Part shown: in pieces, positions 1-19,413 of the stretch
Layout of the letters: each line of letters begins with the position of its first letter
Position numbering within the stretch: the stretch's first letter is position 1
DNA from: Tubulanus polymorphus
Taxonomy: Eukaryota > Animalia > Nemertea
Assembly: GCF_964204645.1 (NCBI RefSeq)
Contig: NC_134027.1
Coordinates: 8,402,485-8,466,484 of the forward strand
Reading direction: 5' to 3'
DNA: 64,000 nucleotides
Notes under the pieces: model-generated
Told to the model about the DNA's origin: nothing
What the model saw: only the letters and a program-made list of their open reading frames with translations
Database searches by the model: none
Translations under genes and position numbers: made by a program

Positions 1-2124
1 GATATAAATGCTATTAGCGATAAATTTCAGTCCGTGGAATAGTGCATGGATCTCATTGATATCCACAGTCGACGGGAGTCCTTTTATACAAACGCACAAA
101 TCATCAGGGATGCCGATTAACTGTCTCATAGGAGATAACGAGCGTTGTTTCTTCGATGGAATAAAAGAATCGATTGCTTCTTCGAATTCCATTTCTGAAC
201 ATTTTACAATTGAGACTTGACGGTCGTCCATGTAACGACCAGCTTTCTCCATAGCATACTGCATGCTTTGGGGAGTCGCGAATTTTACGTACGCCGTACC
301 GCAACGATTGCCACTAGAGTCATTAATCAATTTGAGACCATCGTGAAGAATCTCGCATCCGCTGAAGAAACGACGAATATTGCGATAACTGACCGTCAAC
401 GGCATATTCGAGACGAACACGCAACATCCAGATTCTCGCGGCCGTTTCAGGCCACGCTCATCATCAAGAAACGGTGGAATCATTCTTGTCATACCTCGAG
501 ACATGATGCTCGGATGAGGCAGTAAACCTGCTGGCTGTGAATTCGATTGCCGTTTGGAATCACCATTAGTGTCATGATTACGGTGCGACATATCATCGTT
601 GAGAACGTCACGAGATTTCTCAGATCTTTCATGTCGATCTCGTCTTCGTTCTCGGTCCGAATCCCTTTCCTTCTCCGATGAAGAACGTCGATCTCGTTCT
701 GACCGACCTTCCATTCGACTTCCGCTCTTGTCGCGGTCCCGTCTATCTCGATCGCGAGTTCGGTCTTTTTTCAAACCTTCGTCCGAACTTCGATCGCGTT
801 CGCGTCGATCACGTTCTCTCGAATCGCGTTTCTCCTTCGTTTCGCGTTGATTGCTGCGTGGTCGGTCTCGTCCGTGATCGTCCGATGATCGCTTTTCTCG
901 ATCTCTTTCGCGTGATCGTTCGCTGCGTTCACTTCTGTCTCTGTCTCTTCGATCTTCTCGTCGTCTTTCATCATCGCGGCTACTTCTCGCTTGTTCGACA
1001 TTGATATTCGATGACGCGGTCAGTTCTGGTTTTTGATCTATATTCGACCATCGACTCGAGCTATGCATGTCTCTCGGTGTACGGCCAATAAGCGGTCTGG
1101 AACTATCAACAGAAGGTTTCTCGAGTAAACTGCGTCCTTCCATTGGTCTATTATTCATCAACGGTCTATGAGACATACCGGTGTGATGAAAATGATGATC
1201 GATCGATGAATTTGGTTCGATCAACGGACTGGCCATTAGAGGTCTCCGTAATTCTCCAGCCGACAATCTAGGATCGACAGGCGCAGACATATCGGGGGCC
1301 TGTGAACGAACTGGTCTCGGACCGGCGCCGAGAAGAGCGGGTCGACGAGGAAAATCTTTAGGAGGACCTTGTATTCGAGGTGGCCCTTCGTGCCATCGAT
1401 CACGCGGAACGCTATCAGTCGCCGGGGGATAAGACGGAGTTTCTGCATCGCGCGCAGCCTGTGGATTTGGTTTATTTCGAAAATCACGCGCTTGATGACC
1501 ACTATCAGGGTTTTGAAAACCTTTACCGTGTAAATGTGGCTTCTCGGTAATTGCATTCACATGCGCACTGTTCTTTGTATCTATACCGAACATACCTTGC
1601 TCGCCAGCTGGGAATCCCTGATGAGCTGGGTATCCAGCAATCAATGGCTGCTTCATTTGATTTTGTTGCATTAACAACGGATTCAAATGGTTTAGATTCA
1701 TATGCGTCATGTTCGTTATTTGATTTAAAGCACTCATCGGAATCTGACCAGTGGCGGAGATCAATGGGTTGAATCCAGTCGGAGCGACGAGACCTACCGA
1801 CGATGGTAACGAAGAAGGAATAGTCGGAGATGTGGTTTGCGCTACCACTGCTGGATCCTCACCACGCGCTATAGCTATGACCTGGTTCATCTCGTTCTTA
1901 CTGCTCAGCATCAAAACGATCTTCTCGTTACACATCATCTTCCCGGACAGCATCATCGCGCGGCGAGCGTCGTCGTCAGTCGAAAACGCAATGAACGCGT
2001 CTCCTTTTTCACCTCCGATTATGTGAACGCCACCATCCGGAATAGACATACCGGTAAAGAACCGTCGAATATCAGCGGCACTGGCATCCCACGACAGGTT
2101 CTGGAGACGAATAATTACAGACAT
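1..2124 (-). CDS. RBM12: RBM12/RBM12B-like RNA-binding protein, one long coding exon, 3' end beyond the window
   Basis: ATG at 2124 gives MSVIIRLQNLSWDASAADIRRFFTGMSIPDGGVHIIGGEKGDAFIAFSTDDDARRAMM, matching the RBM12 RRM1 signature (IPDGGVHI.GG..G.AFI.F.TD.DAR). An RD/RE/RS-rich tract follows (~550-1050). Further RRMs (VFVSNMPLTVSYRNIRRFFS..GTAYVKF; LCVCIKGLPSTVDINEIHALF) lie in the same frame down to base 1. Splice acceptor cttgtag just upstream, so the exon starts at 2133. Absent from the ORF track, consistent with no stop in the window. Confidence 0.9.
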   Translation of the reverse strand, partial: MSVIIRLQNLSWDASAADIRRFFTGMSIPDGGVHIIGGEKGDAFIAFSTDDDARRAMMLSGKMMCNEKIVLMLSSKNEMNQVIAIARGEDPAVVAQTTSPTIPSSLPSSVGLVAPTGFNPLISATGQIPMSALNQITNMTHMNLNHLNPLLMQQNQMKQPLIAGYPAHQGFPAGEQGMFGIDTKNSAHVNAITEKPHLHGKGFQNPDSGHQARDFRNKPNPQAARDAETPSYPPATDSVPRDRWHEGPPRIQGPPKDFPRRPALLGAGPRPVRSQAPDMSAPVDPRLSAGELRRPLMASPLIEPNSSIDHHFHHTGMSHRPLMNNRPMEGRSLLEKPSVDSSRPLIGRTPRDMHSSSRWSNIDQKPELTASSNINVEQARSSRDDERRREDRRDRDRSERSERSRERDREKRSSDDHGRDRPRSNQRETKEKRDSRERDRRERDRSSDEGLKKDRTRDRDRRDRDKSGSRMEGRSERDRRSSSEKERDSDRERRRDRHERSEKSRDVLNDDMSHRNHDTNGDSKRQSNSQPAGLLPHPSIMSRGMTRMIPPFLDDERGLKRPRESGCCVFVSNMPLTVSYRNIRRFFSGCEILHDGLKLINDSSGNRCGTAYVKFATPQSMQYAMEKAGRYMDDRQVSIVKCSEMEFEEAIDSFIPSKKQRSLSPMRQLIGIPDDLCVCIKGLPSTVDINEIHALFHGLKFIANSIYI

Positions 2125-3058
2125 TGTATCGATCTACAAGAACAAAAATGAATCTTTGAGCTATTTATGTATACGATTGTTAATTCATGCAATCCTGACA
2201 GCTGAAAAATCAGAATACATGTAAATCTCATCTAACATATCTTGTATGTGGGAGTCGAGACAATCACCCTACAAAATGAGACTTATCGATGAAAAAAAAA
2301 CACCATGAATTCAATGTATGACAAATTCTCTTCTATCTTTCCACCATAGAAACAGTAGTTTTAATGTAGTACTGGTGTGTAATAATATTTGTAATTCTAA
2401 ATCTCAGAAAAAAATCATGAAACAATACATTTAGTGGTTGGTATGCTTATGTCTGCAGCAGTAACAAAAATTCGCTTTCACTGAACAACTCATAGTGATA
2501 CTATACACAGATTAACTTGATACACAGGAAAATATACCATAACCTCAAGACACTGACAAGAATGTACAACACTGGACTAGATATTTTTGCCAAAAAAGCT
2601 CTAACTTTATTTCGATAACTTAAATGCGAAGTACACGAGATGTATTAACTAAGATCTACCAGTATATTTTTTGTGAAAAATGTCCATATCTGAAAATAAA
2701 CCAGACAAAATATTTAAATTCAAGAAGCAATTGTGGTCAATAATACTTGGCTATACATGTAATTGTATTGCTTGTGTACCAAATCATATAATTATATTAA
2801 TGTTTTAAATCAATGTTTTTTGTTTGATAACATGTTACTTGTTATTGCAGTTCTATTCTACATCATATTTCAAATATTTCTATCATATGCTAATGTGTTG
2901 TAATTCATTTGAGATTGTTACATGCAGGTAATACAGCTCAGCTCTTCCGGTCATATTAGTTGCTGCAACTGTACGCCATCTATCAGATCATTTCCACACT
3001 TAAGTAACCGTAAATCATTTTTGATAATAAAATCTGCATTTCAGATGTATCAATATAT

Positions 3059-3329
3059 CTGGGGCAGATCTAGGCTAGAAGAAAGGGAGGTTCACCTCAT
3101 AATATGTAAAAAGCACTTTTTGTCATCACAGGAGCAAAGTAATTGCAGGGGGTCAGGGGTTCAAACCCAAAAAAATTTTGAAAATTCAGGTGCATTTATT
3201 ATGCAATTTTAGTGCGTATTAGATCAAGATCAGTACAGAGGATAAGAAGCCTATATCAAGTGGATTTTCATAAGTGCACTTGGTCAGAAAAGGGGTTCGA
3301 AACCTCCAAACCCCCTAAGTCCGCCACTG
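3059..3329. mobile_element. Degenerate hAT-like non-autonomous element (CAGTGGCGGA-type termini); relatives at ~43455-43730, 53400-53721, 58840-59057
   Basis: CTGGGGCAGATCTAG ... AAGTCCGCCACTG imperfect TIRs. The others have CAAGCC/GGGCTTG and AGGCCCGTGCC/GGCACAGGCCTG ends. The superfamily call is an inference. Confidence 0.5.
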
Positions 3330-6300
3330 AATGTACATGAAAAGGTTTTGAAATCACTGGTTATATCCGAGCAGTTTCAAATGATTAGTTTGGAGACTAG
3401 ATGGTTTTCAATGGCTCTTGGGGTTTAATCAGCAATTCATTGCAAGTGGGATTCATCATAGAAATAATACATGAACTTTATACATATGAACACAAAATCT
3501 ATTGAGTACAATGTACACTGGCATGTATACTGTCTGTAAGTTGAATATACATGTAGCGTATTCTAAATTATCACTTTTGAAAACAAATAACATTCTTCAT
3601 ATTGCAATTGCAGTCATGTTAATACATCGTAATAGATAATCCCCATGGAGGTCATGATTCGCAAAAACTATTTTCATGTGGCCTTGTCACTCAATTTCAC
3701 TCAGTTCCTTCCTCAATCTACTTCCATTTTGTAAAACTAGAAGCAATACTTTAATATCGAGAAAGAGTAATGGTACTTAAAAAGCTGTGAAGTGAATTGA
3801 ACATGAATGATTAAACTGTCAACTTCTCATCTGTTGCCATGGTAATGGGTGAATAGAACTGAACCGAAATGAATAAATTCACAAGCTTTAGATTTTAAAT
3901 GTCAACATCCCCAGGCAATTTATGTAGTTCCAAATCATTGTGTAAAGACCATCATCGGGTACAATGGTTACACCCTTCCTTTCTTTTTGTTTCAAATTGT
4001 AACGAGGAAAATGTCATTCTTTCTCAGAATTTCTGCAATACGTGCATTAGCTTTTAACACTAGTATCATGAGTTGATCCTAGATAACAGTTTTAGTGGAG
4101 AACTGAAAAATTCAGAATGAAAAGATTTTTTCAAGCCGTTTGGATTTTTGATTATGGGGCTTATATTCAACCATTATTTCTATTTAAATTGGGTACAAAT
4201 TTTAAAAAATTCTTTACCAGACATTGTCTCCTACGTTTGTATGGAATTTACAGATTAAACCACCCATGTGTAAATGTATATCATCATGCTCTAAGGTCTT
4301 CAATGAATATCATAAGGTCTTTGATGAATATCTTAAATAGGAATATTCTTTCAGGACATCCATCAGGGTCCCTACAGTTTAGTTGTTCCTGGATATAAGA
4401 AGTTTTCAAGAAAATTTAAAATCTCGAGGAAGCGTCCGCATCACTTTCATATCCCAATTACTGTAGACTCCTAAAATAGATACCGTTTATCTTGGTTAAC
4501 TGTTAATTTGGTGGTTTTGTAAGAAAATTTTTATCCTTCACACTGACTACATTAACTCCGTTGTCTATCTGGTAACCACCTTAATGCGAAAAAACAAATC
4601 CTGGTCCCAACTGTACCATTTAGGCATAGTTTACTGTACAACTAAAAACTATATGAAAAAATTGCCCATTTCTCAAAATTAAAGTTTTTAAGGAGTTTCA
4701 GGCATTTGCTCAAATTTAGGAAGTTTCAAACACCATTAAAAACTTCTTTTTATTATTTTTTAGTCACAGGGACCCCGACCAAGAATATCTGTTTCAGGTT
4801 TCTCTTATTTCATACAGTATACTAAAATACCTCCTCTCACCAGACATATCTAATATAATAATATTTAGTGGCAAAATGTACATGTGTTATATCGAATTGG
4901 ATGTCCTTGAGGATTTGTCTAAAACAAGGGAATTGTCTTCTTGACATACATTAAGGCCTATTACTGTGACAGGCTGCATAATCTTGTGTTGTCATATTGC
5001 CACAGCAAGACATTTGTTGTCCAAGATGTCAGGCACTTAAAGGGTATCCTTTCCTGTATAATTGCTTGAATGTAACTTCCATTCATTTACGACACTGAAG
5101 AAATGAGATCCATAGAAAAATCAGAAATATCCAGATAAACTTGTGGATGCGTCTCAAGAATTGTAGTCTTCAATGAAATCAAGACTGTCATCGCAGTCTT
5201 GAGGGAATGACTTTTGGATTAATCACCAGCAACCTATTTTGTGAATGGCCTGCATGTTTTGTGTGGGGATTGGATAAAACTGTAAGACTATGGAACGCCT
5301 ATATTTCATTACTAGTTGGTGGTGCACGAAGTCACAGGTTTACATCATACTTTTACATCATACTTTTCATGGCGTCGAAATGTACATTTCACTTGTATCA
5401 AAGTATAACAAATGCAATGGAAAACATTATAAGCATGTCATTGTCTTCTTTCATTATTTCATCCAAGATACATGATTAGCAGGTCAAATTGCATTGAGAG
5501 TGTAGTTTTATCCATGCACTAAAATTTCAAGTTAGAAGCAAAGTTTTGATGTATATTGTATATTCCCGCACGAATGGGATTGTAAATTTTGTCAATCATA
5601 CGAACACCTTGAGGGAGTTAAGGGAAGTGTCACGTTATGGGAAAGGGTTAACTAGTTGTACAACATGCATAAAGGCAGGATTCTCAAATAAAATTCATCC
5701 AGTTCATCCGGGGAATTAAAATTAATTCTTGTCATACGTGCCGAATCTATTGATCTAACAAAACTTCAGATATCGCGGCATTAGTCGATAGTCGACGTCC
5801 TGTAACACGAAGAGGAACATTCGTGTTTAGTGAAAATTCAAAATCCATGGATGTCACCTAAAACACAACACTACAGTACAAATATGTGAAGGACACAGCT
5901 TAACCTTGAATATCAAGTTTCAGAAAAATGTATCAGACAGTAAATGTGTTGTCCTGAAAATGTCAATCTTTTTGATTTCAATGTTCACGAACTACATTTT
6001 TAAGCTATACATCATCTACTGTTTATTTCTATATCTGGTGTTTTCATGGTGAAAAAGTATGCTTCTAGCCAATATTTTGACTAATCCGCAGTATTTCACT
6101 AACGTGTATGCACAATATGTAAATGTGTGTATGAAAATAACTTAGTTTTGATACGGAAAATGTGTAAGTGCAAATATGTTCAAATATATTAAAAAATCTG
6201 TAAAAACTAATATTGATGAATTTTTGATTATAGGTATCCATTAAATGTACAGCAATTGGTCTTACTTCTGTGCAATCACTGGCAAGAATTTGACAATGAG

Positions 6301-6954
6301 ATATTTACACAAACTTTTTCAAGTTTTACTTCTTGCGTCGAGATTGAGAGGTTAAACAGGAAGGCGGAAAAACTACACCTGGTAAAACAACATTATGTCA
6401 TGTCCAATGTATAAAAGATTCCGATGATAAATGATATAAGTACATGTAACCCATTTTGATATTTACTGTTCCGCTTATCCATGAAAAACTTCACTTGTAC
6501 ATTTATCAAATCACAGATCATCAATATCGCAATTGATCCATGGTCTGAAACAGTGTAGTCTAGTATTTGTTGTTCCTGAAACTCTTGGTATTCAGACTTA
6601 GCCAAAAACCACAATTTCTTAGCATCTATGTCGAACATTGAAAAAGTAAATAGTCATTAATAAATCTAGATATAATCTAGAGTCTAGGCCTTAGTCTTTA
6701 CAAGGTATGTTTGAAATTGGTAATGTTTATAAGGCGAAATCAGGGGTTTAAAAACTCTAAACAGAGTAACAAGTTTGGTGAAAGGACTGCAGAGGTGCCG
6801 CAATGAAAAGAGAGATGCCTGAAGTTACTCAATGTGTGTACTATCACCACAGGAGATTAACTAGGCTAATCATGGACTATAAAATGAATACATTTGTTTT
6901 AGGCCTTATATAGCCCATGGGCTAATGGAGATGGGTTTAAAGTTCGCTACAAAT

Positions 6955-7345
6955 GCCTAGTTCAGACGGACAACTCTGAGCAGCTTGTTGTAGCGTTCAA
7001 TGTTGATGGGCCACGCCACTGCCTCGGAAGTCGCAGTTTCGAGTTAGAAGTCGCCATTTAGGGTATCACATGATAGTTATGTGCTCACTCAATTGATAGT
7101 TGACGAGTTGCTTGATGTCTCCAGCGGCCGCATACACAGCAACTCATGAGCGACCCAAAAGTGATTTCTTGGCAACAATTTCCGATGATTTTCCTTCACC
7201 TCATGTCAAACATGTTTGATATGGGGCGACTCGGAGCAAACAGATTTGACAACAAGAATTTTTTCTTTCCTGTTGCTGCAGATGAGTGACCTTTTCTCAG
7301 CGACCGTTGCTTGACAATTGTTATGAAAAGTTGCCCGTCCACACC
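6955..7345. mobile_element. Probable PIF/Harbinger-like MITE; similar element at ~61917-62228
   Basis: CAGACGGACAACT ... AGTTGCCCGTCCACACC imperfect TIRs and an internal TCAAACATGTTTGA palindrome. Confidence 0.45.
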
Positions 7346-8645
7346 ATGATTTACCAACACACATGCGCAGTTGTTATGTTCTATGAATTTATCGTTCTAC
7401 TATAAGCTATATTATAAGAGGCTTGGGGCACACGTCTTTCTTTCAGTTTGTCTTTTAGATCAGTGGAGTTATTTGGTACGCAATGAATGTTACTGGCCCA
7501 ATTTATGTTTAAGAATCGATTTTGTGCCGACATAGTGAAGTTTAGAAAGATTTCTGGACCATTTAAACACCCGTTGAACGCCCTTCATGATGTCATGAAT
7601 ATGTATATACATTCCACGCACCAATACTGATCAAAACAAGTGGTTGCACAAGGTGAAGTTGGTTGCTTTATGTTATATTTCTGGTTACATCCCATCTTGT
7701 GGACTGGTAGTATAGCGGTCGTACAGACGTGAAACCAACTCGCCCTCCATTTGGCATCATATATAATTTCTTGAATTCTTTCATTTCAAAGTTATGTTTA
7801 CTTTTGTTGTTCTTGATATAGGATCACACAATAATTAATTGAAATTAATGGAACAACGATATTTGAGCCAATCTTCTTCGTTTTGAATCACTGAGTTTTT
7901 CCGGGCATTTTACCGTATTTGAGGTGGCTATAGCACTTTATATTCCCAATCCTAGTCTCCACAGGCCGTGTTCCCAAGATCCCACAGCACACAAGGGTAC
8001 ATAAAGCATAACATTACTAGAATTGCTGATAAAATGCAATTGGAATGTGTAAATTCATTATATGTATGGTGTACAGGGGAAACATGATCCAATTCAGTAT
8101 GTACCTTGGTATTGGATCATTCATTTATTACGTACGCATTAGGGGAGGGGTAAGGCCAATTGCATACTGACAGTCAAATTTCATGCAAACGTAATAGATG
8201 AATGATCCCTATGTGTGAAAACAATGAGGTGACCCTCAATTAACCCAGAAAACATATAAAATTGATGTTTGTACAGAAATAGTTCAAGGGCTGAAAAACA
8301 TATTGTGGTTTCCATGATTTTTTGGAATAATAATGATATGCTCGACGATTTGAAGAAACTATAAAGAAATTCTAGACTCTTTTTTTTAAGATGTTTAAAA
8401 TGCATATCATTCACGTCATTTTAATGATGATTTGTGCAACACAATTGACAGAAAAATCAAGCTTCTCGTGATATAACAACACCGGAGCATGTGTAAAATC
8501 ATACTCAGTTTGATCCATAACGACGATATGCGGAAAAACTGTTCCCATTTCTCTCAGTAAATCGGCGTAACACCACAATGCAATTGTGGAGTGCATGTAG
8601 TGTTAAGTCGCAATCGGGCGGATGTGTGAAAATACAAGGCTTACC

Positions 8646-8944
8646 TGATTTTAGTTAAGATAAATTATTCATCAAAAAATGGTAATGTCTTCGATTAAAA
8701 CCAGTTTCGCGATCGAATAAAATCTTTCGTTCAAAAAATTGTTCTTCGCTTATACGTCCCGTCTTATTCGCGACGTAAAAATTAATCCAGTCGATTTTAC
8801 GCAGCGGGACGCATCACAAGACGTGTGAGACAACAGCCCGTCGTATCCATGGCAAAATGTAAAGTCTTGTTCCAAATTACACGCGGTAAATTTGAATATC
8901 TCGATACATTGTAAACGGCATCGCTCGGTAAAAGCTGAAACGAT
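8646..8944 (-). other. Candidate non-coding 5' UTR exon of the RBM12-like gene
   Basis: Strong minus-strand donor CAG|GTAAGC at 8646, possible acceptor tttcag near 8945, CpG-rich with TCGCGA palindromes. No convincing ORF. Confidence 0.4.
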
Positions 8945-11149
8945 CTGAAACTTCATAGAAACAAGTTAGAGAATGTAAAAATATCGTGCAATCTTGTCAG
9001 GCGCATGTAATGTACATGAATTCACATGAGCATCAATTCATTTCACAAGCAGTTCACACTAGGAATAACTCACATGTTCTTTCGACAATCATGTCCTGCA
9101 TCAGTAATATCAAATACGTCAAAAATGAAGATCTGAATCGCGTAGTCAGGTTGACCTTATTAAACAGCTTTAAATAGGACGGGTTTACTTGCGGGAAGGG
9201 GGAAATTTGAAAATTTTGATATATCTATGGTCTCCTAGGACAAAAATTCATAACTTTGATCAATTTTATATCGTTGGTTGTTCGCGTCCACATGTCCACT
9301 AGGAAATGGTGTAATTAAGTAAAATCTAACATTTTGCGCACATTCTTGGGAGTTTCCTTACAAATAAACTTTTTAGTTATGTACACAAAGATAGTCATTC
9401 GCGTAAAATCCTAAATGACCTGTCCTTACAGAGTAATATGTCATGTTCAGTCACTCATTAAAAGGCGCAGTTGTAAACGTATTTGACTATCTGTGCTCCA
9501 TTTTTCTTTATAGAATATATGTTTTCCAAATTCGCTATTCGAAAACTGTCATAATGCCTTCAGAACAAACTAATTTAAAACTTCACTTATTTTTTTCTAT
9601 TTACTTTACTTGCTTGTCTATAATTGTTATTTGACGAAGAAAAGTGAAATTGTCGCACATTTCAATGAATATAACTATCAAAAGGTTTGTCTCAATATTT
9701 TCTAAAACTTCAAGCAAGAAAGCAGAATGGTGAATGATACAAAACAACAGCAACGTCCTTTGTACATTAATTGCAACTTGGGACAGTCATCAGAGTTGCT
9801 TTGGAAACAATTTGGAAATAACAAGCACAATACAACGGATAACATCTAATTGCGTATCTACTGACTAAGGCAGCGCTCAGAATATCTATCAACCGGCTAC
9901 TCTTGTGCAAAATATGAAACTCGAAAATTTAACACTAGCGTAAACGTCAGCAAAACACATTTAACTCCCTGGAACGTCCGACCAATTACCAAGACACATA
10001 ATTCCAGGTGTTTATACTTTATGATTACAACATCTATCCATCCGTTTGAAAATTTTATATTCAGTTATTCCAGAAAATGTGCTTGTTTGAAGATCTCCGC
10101 AAAATGTTCAAATCTAGATTGTTCTGACCTGATTGCAATGTTATCGCAAAAATGTTTGTAATTAATTGTGTCAAATAAATTCCATCAGAGCTTCATTCAT
10201 TGATCTTCCACACGCGTGTCGTTGTCGAAAAATAATTTCAGTTTTACCAAAATCACCACTGCCGCAAAAATCTTCATGTCCGGTGAAAGCGATTCATCCT
10301 TTTCTCCCAGAAAATCAGACATGTACACATACATCCATAGTGATGATCTTTTTATGTTTCTTTATATTGTTCTTTTAACGAAATGTTAACAAATAATAAG
10401 TGGTAAAATCTTTCGTTCTAATGAACTTATGGAAAAGTTTTTCCCAAAATGTTTCATTCCGAGGAAAGAATTCAACGATGTTTCATCTAGCCTTATTTCC
10501 TGTTGGTTGTTCGGGAAATCTTAATTTGTCAAGGACATCAATCATTATTCTATAGGTAAATGTATTACAACAGGCTATAACTCTATAATGATTATTGTAA
10601 ATGATGGGTTAGGGATGGTTTTTGTTGGGTCAAAGACAAATAAATAACACTGGTTAGTACTACATAAAATGTATGCCACCTTCTCTAAAATCAATATACA
10701 TTCAAATCCATTAACTTGTATCAGTCAGTGGAATCTGGATTTCGATACAATCTGCATATTTTTTAGTCCTCCTACGGAATCGTTTGTAATGTGAGGTTAT
10801 AATTCATTTGGATTTCATATAAATTTCATCGGTGTCAAATCATCTGAATTACGACATAACCACAATCCAGATCATTTGGGACTGATGAAATAAGTCTAGC
10901 TCGTTAACATAAATGAGATCATTTTTCAGATGAGTCCAATCAATCATGGTGTTGTCTCCGAGTTTGCCGCCACTTTTTTTAAGTCGTTTCAAGTCTCTAA
11001 ATTCAATTTGCAAGTTTTCAATAATTCCTCAATTCAGTCATTTATTCCCTCCCCTATCAACGAAGTCTAACGAAAGTATCTTTCACAACGAACACAGACA
11101 AGTCCCGAGTTCAGTAGTTAGCCAGACGGTTGAAAGGCGTCGCTAAATA

Positions 11150-11520
11150 TCCTCGCCATTCGTCGTGCACGCACAACGTTCGTCTCCACCCAACAACAAC
11201 CAACGTCATACCTCGGCTCTTCCCGACGCCAAAACTGAAAAAATAAAGTTTATTTCGCCACAAAAAGAACTCCCAGCTGATCTATACGTTACCTTCAATT
11301 GTTTTGTGGTGTCATAAGTTATCTCAAACGTGCAACAGCGTGGACAAATGCAAACATAACGTGTAAGAAAAGATCCAGAGGCTCCGAAAATGGCATCCAA
11401 TTACCTGATCACATGACCACCAGTGATTTCTATAATGAAATGTAGACGGCGCACGAGGCTGGAAACAAAAAACTCATGGCGCGGGCCACGGGCCGATAAT
11501 TGTTCCGTCCACCGGTTGTT
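11150..11520 (-). promoter_or_regulatory. Candidate promoter / first non-coding exon(s) of the RBM12-like gene
   Basis: Local GC/CpG-rich island between the TMEM67 3' end and RBM12. Minus-strand donor-like sites near 11209, 11292 and 11404. YY1-like AAAATGGC at ~11387. Confidence 0.35.
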
Positions 11521-12334
11521 TATCTTGTTGGGGCATATTTTGTAGAATACTCATGCAAGCTAGTTATGCTAATTGCTCAGCCTAAATGAGATTTAAGATC
11601 AATCTAAGCCCATCTTAGTTTCATAGCCAATCTAATTTAGCTATTTCTGTGAAGGCAGAATGTTGTAAGACAGATGATTGAAGTTCGTCAACTCGTTTAA
11701 TGTAACAAAGCAAATTAGCGTATTTCGGACTGAGTGAAAAAACTTACACAATCACTAATAAGAATTCATTAAATTCTATGTAAACATCTTTATTAAAAAT
11801 ATACATCAAAAAATCTCATAAGTACAAAAGGTGATATACAAATGGCAATGCATCTTGTCTATTTGTTGCATCGTTTTTCGATCATCATTAAATTGTCCAA
11901 CGTAGACATTTGTTACATTCATTAAGTACATAGTATTTGGCAGGAGTGGGTGTATATTTCTATTGATACATTGATATGGAGGACGGAACTAATCATAAAT
12001 TTGATCTAAAAAACCTAAGTCAAATTTCTCTATTTTAGAATAAATATGGTTTGCTTAATAGAGTTTATATAAAAAATCATTTTGACTCCAATTACTATTG
12101 ACTAATTTCTACATACATGGCCCCCGAAATTACCACCAAATACTTATTTTGCTTACTTTGCCATAAACATAAACATATAAAACTAGAAATTTGAAAATTC
12201 TAAAATTTAGATAACAAGCACTATACACAGGACTCTAATCATCCCTATTTTACATATCTAAATTCCGAAAATTCTTTCCCTTAAATATCTAAATAATACT
12301 CCCTAAGGATAAGTAGTAAGCCTTTATAATGAAT

Positions 12335-19413
<7,079 letters not shown>

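Noticed and set aside
8-2151. Many short ORFs on both strands over the first 2 kb
   Set aside because: They are antisense or off-frame shadows of the single RBM12-like ORF.
5044-5052. Plus-strand GTATCCTTT as another U12 donor
   Set aside because: No plus-strand exon or matching branch site; likely chance.
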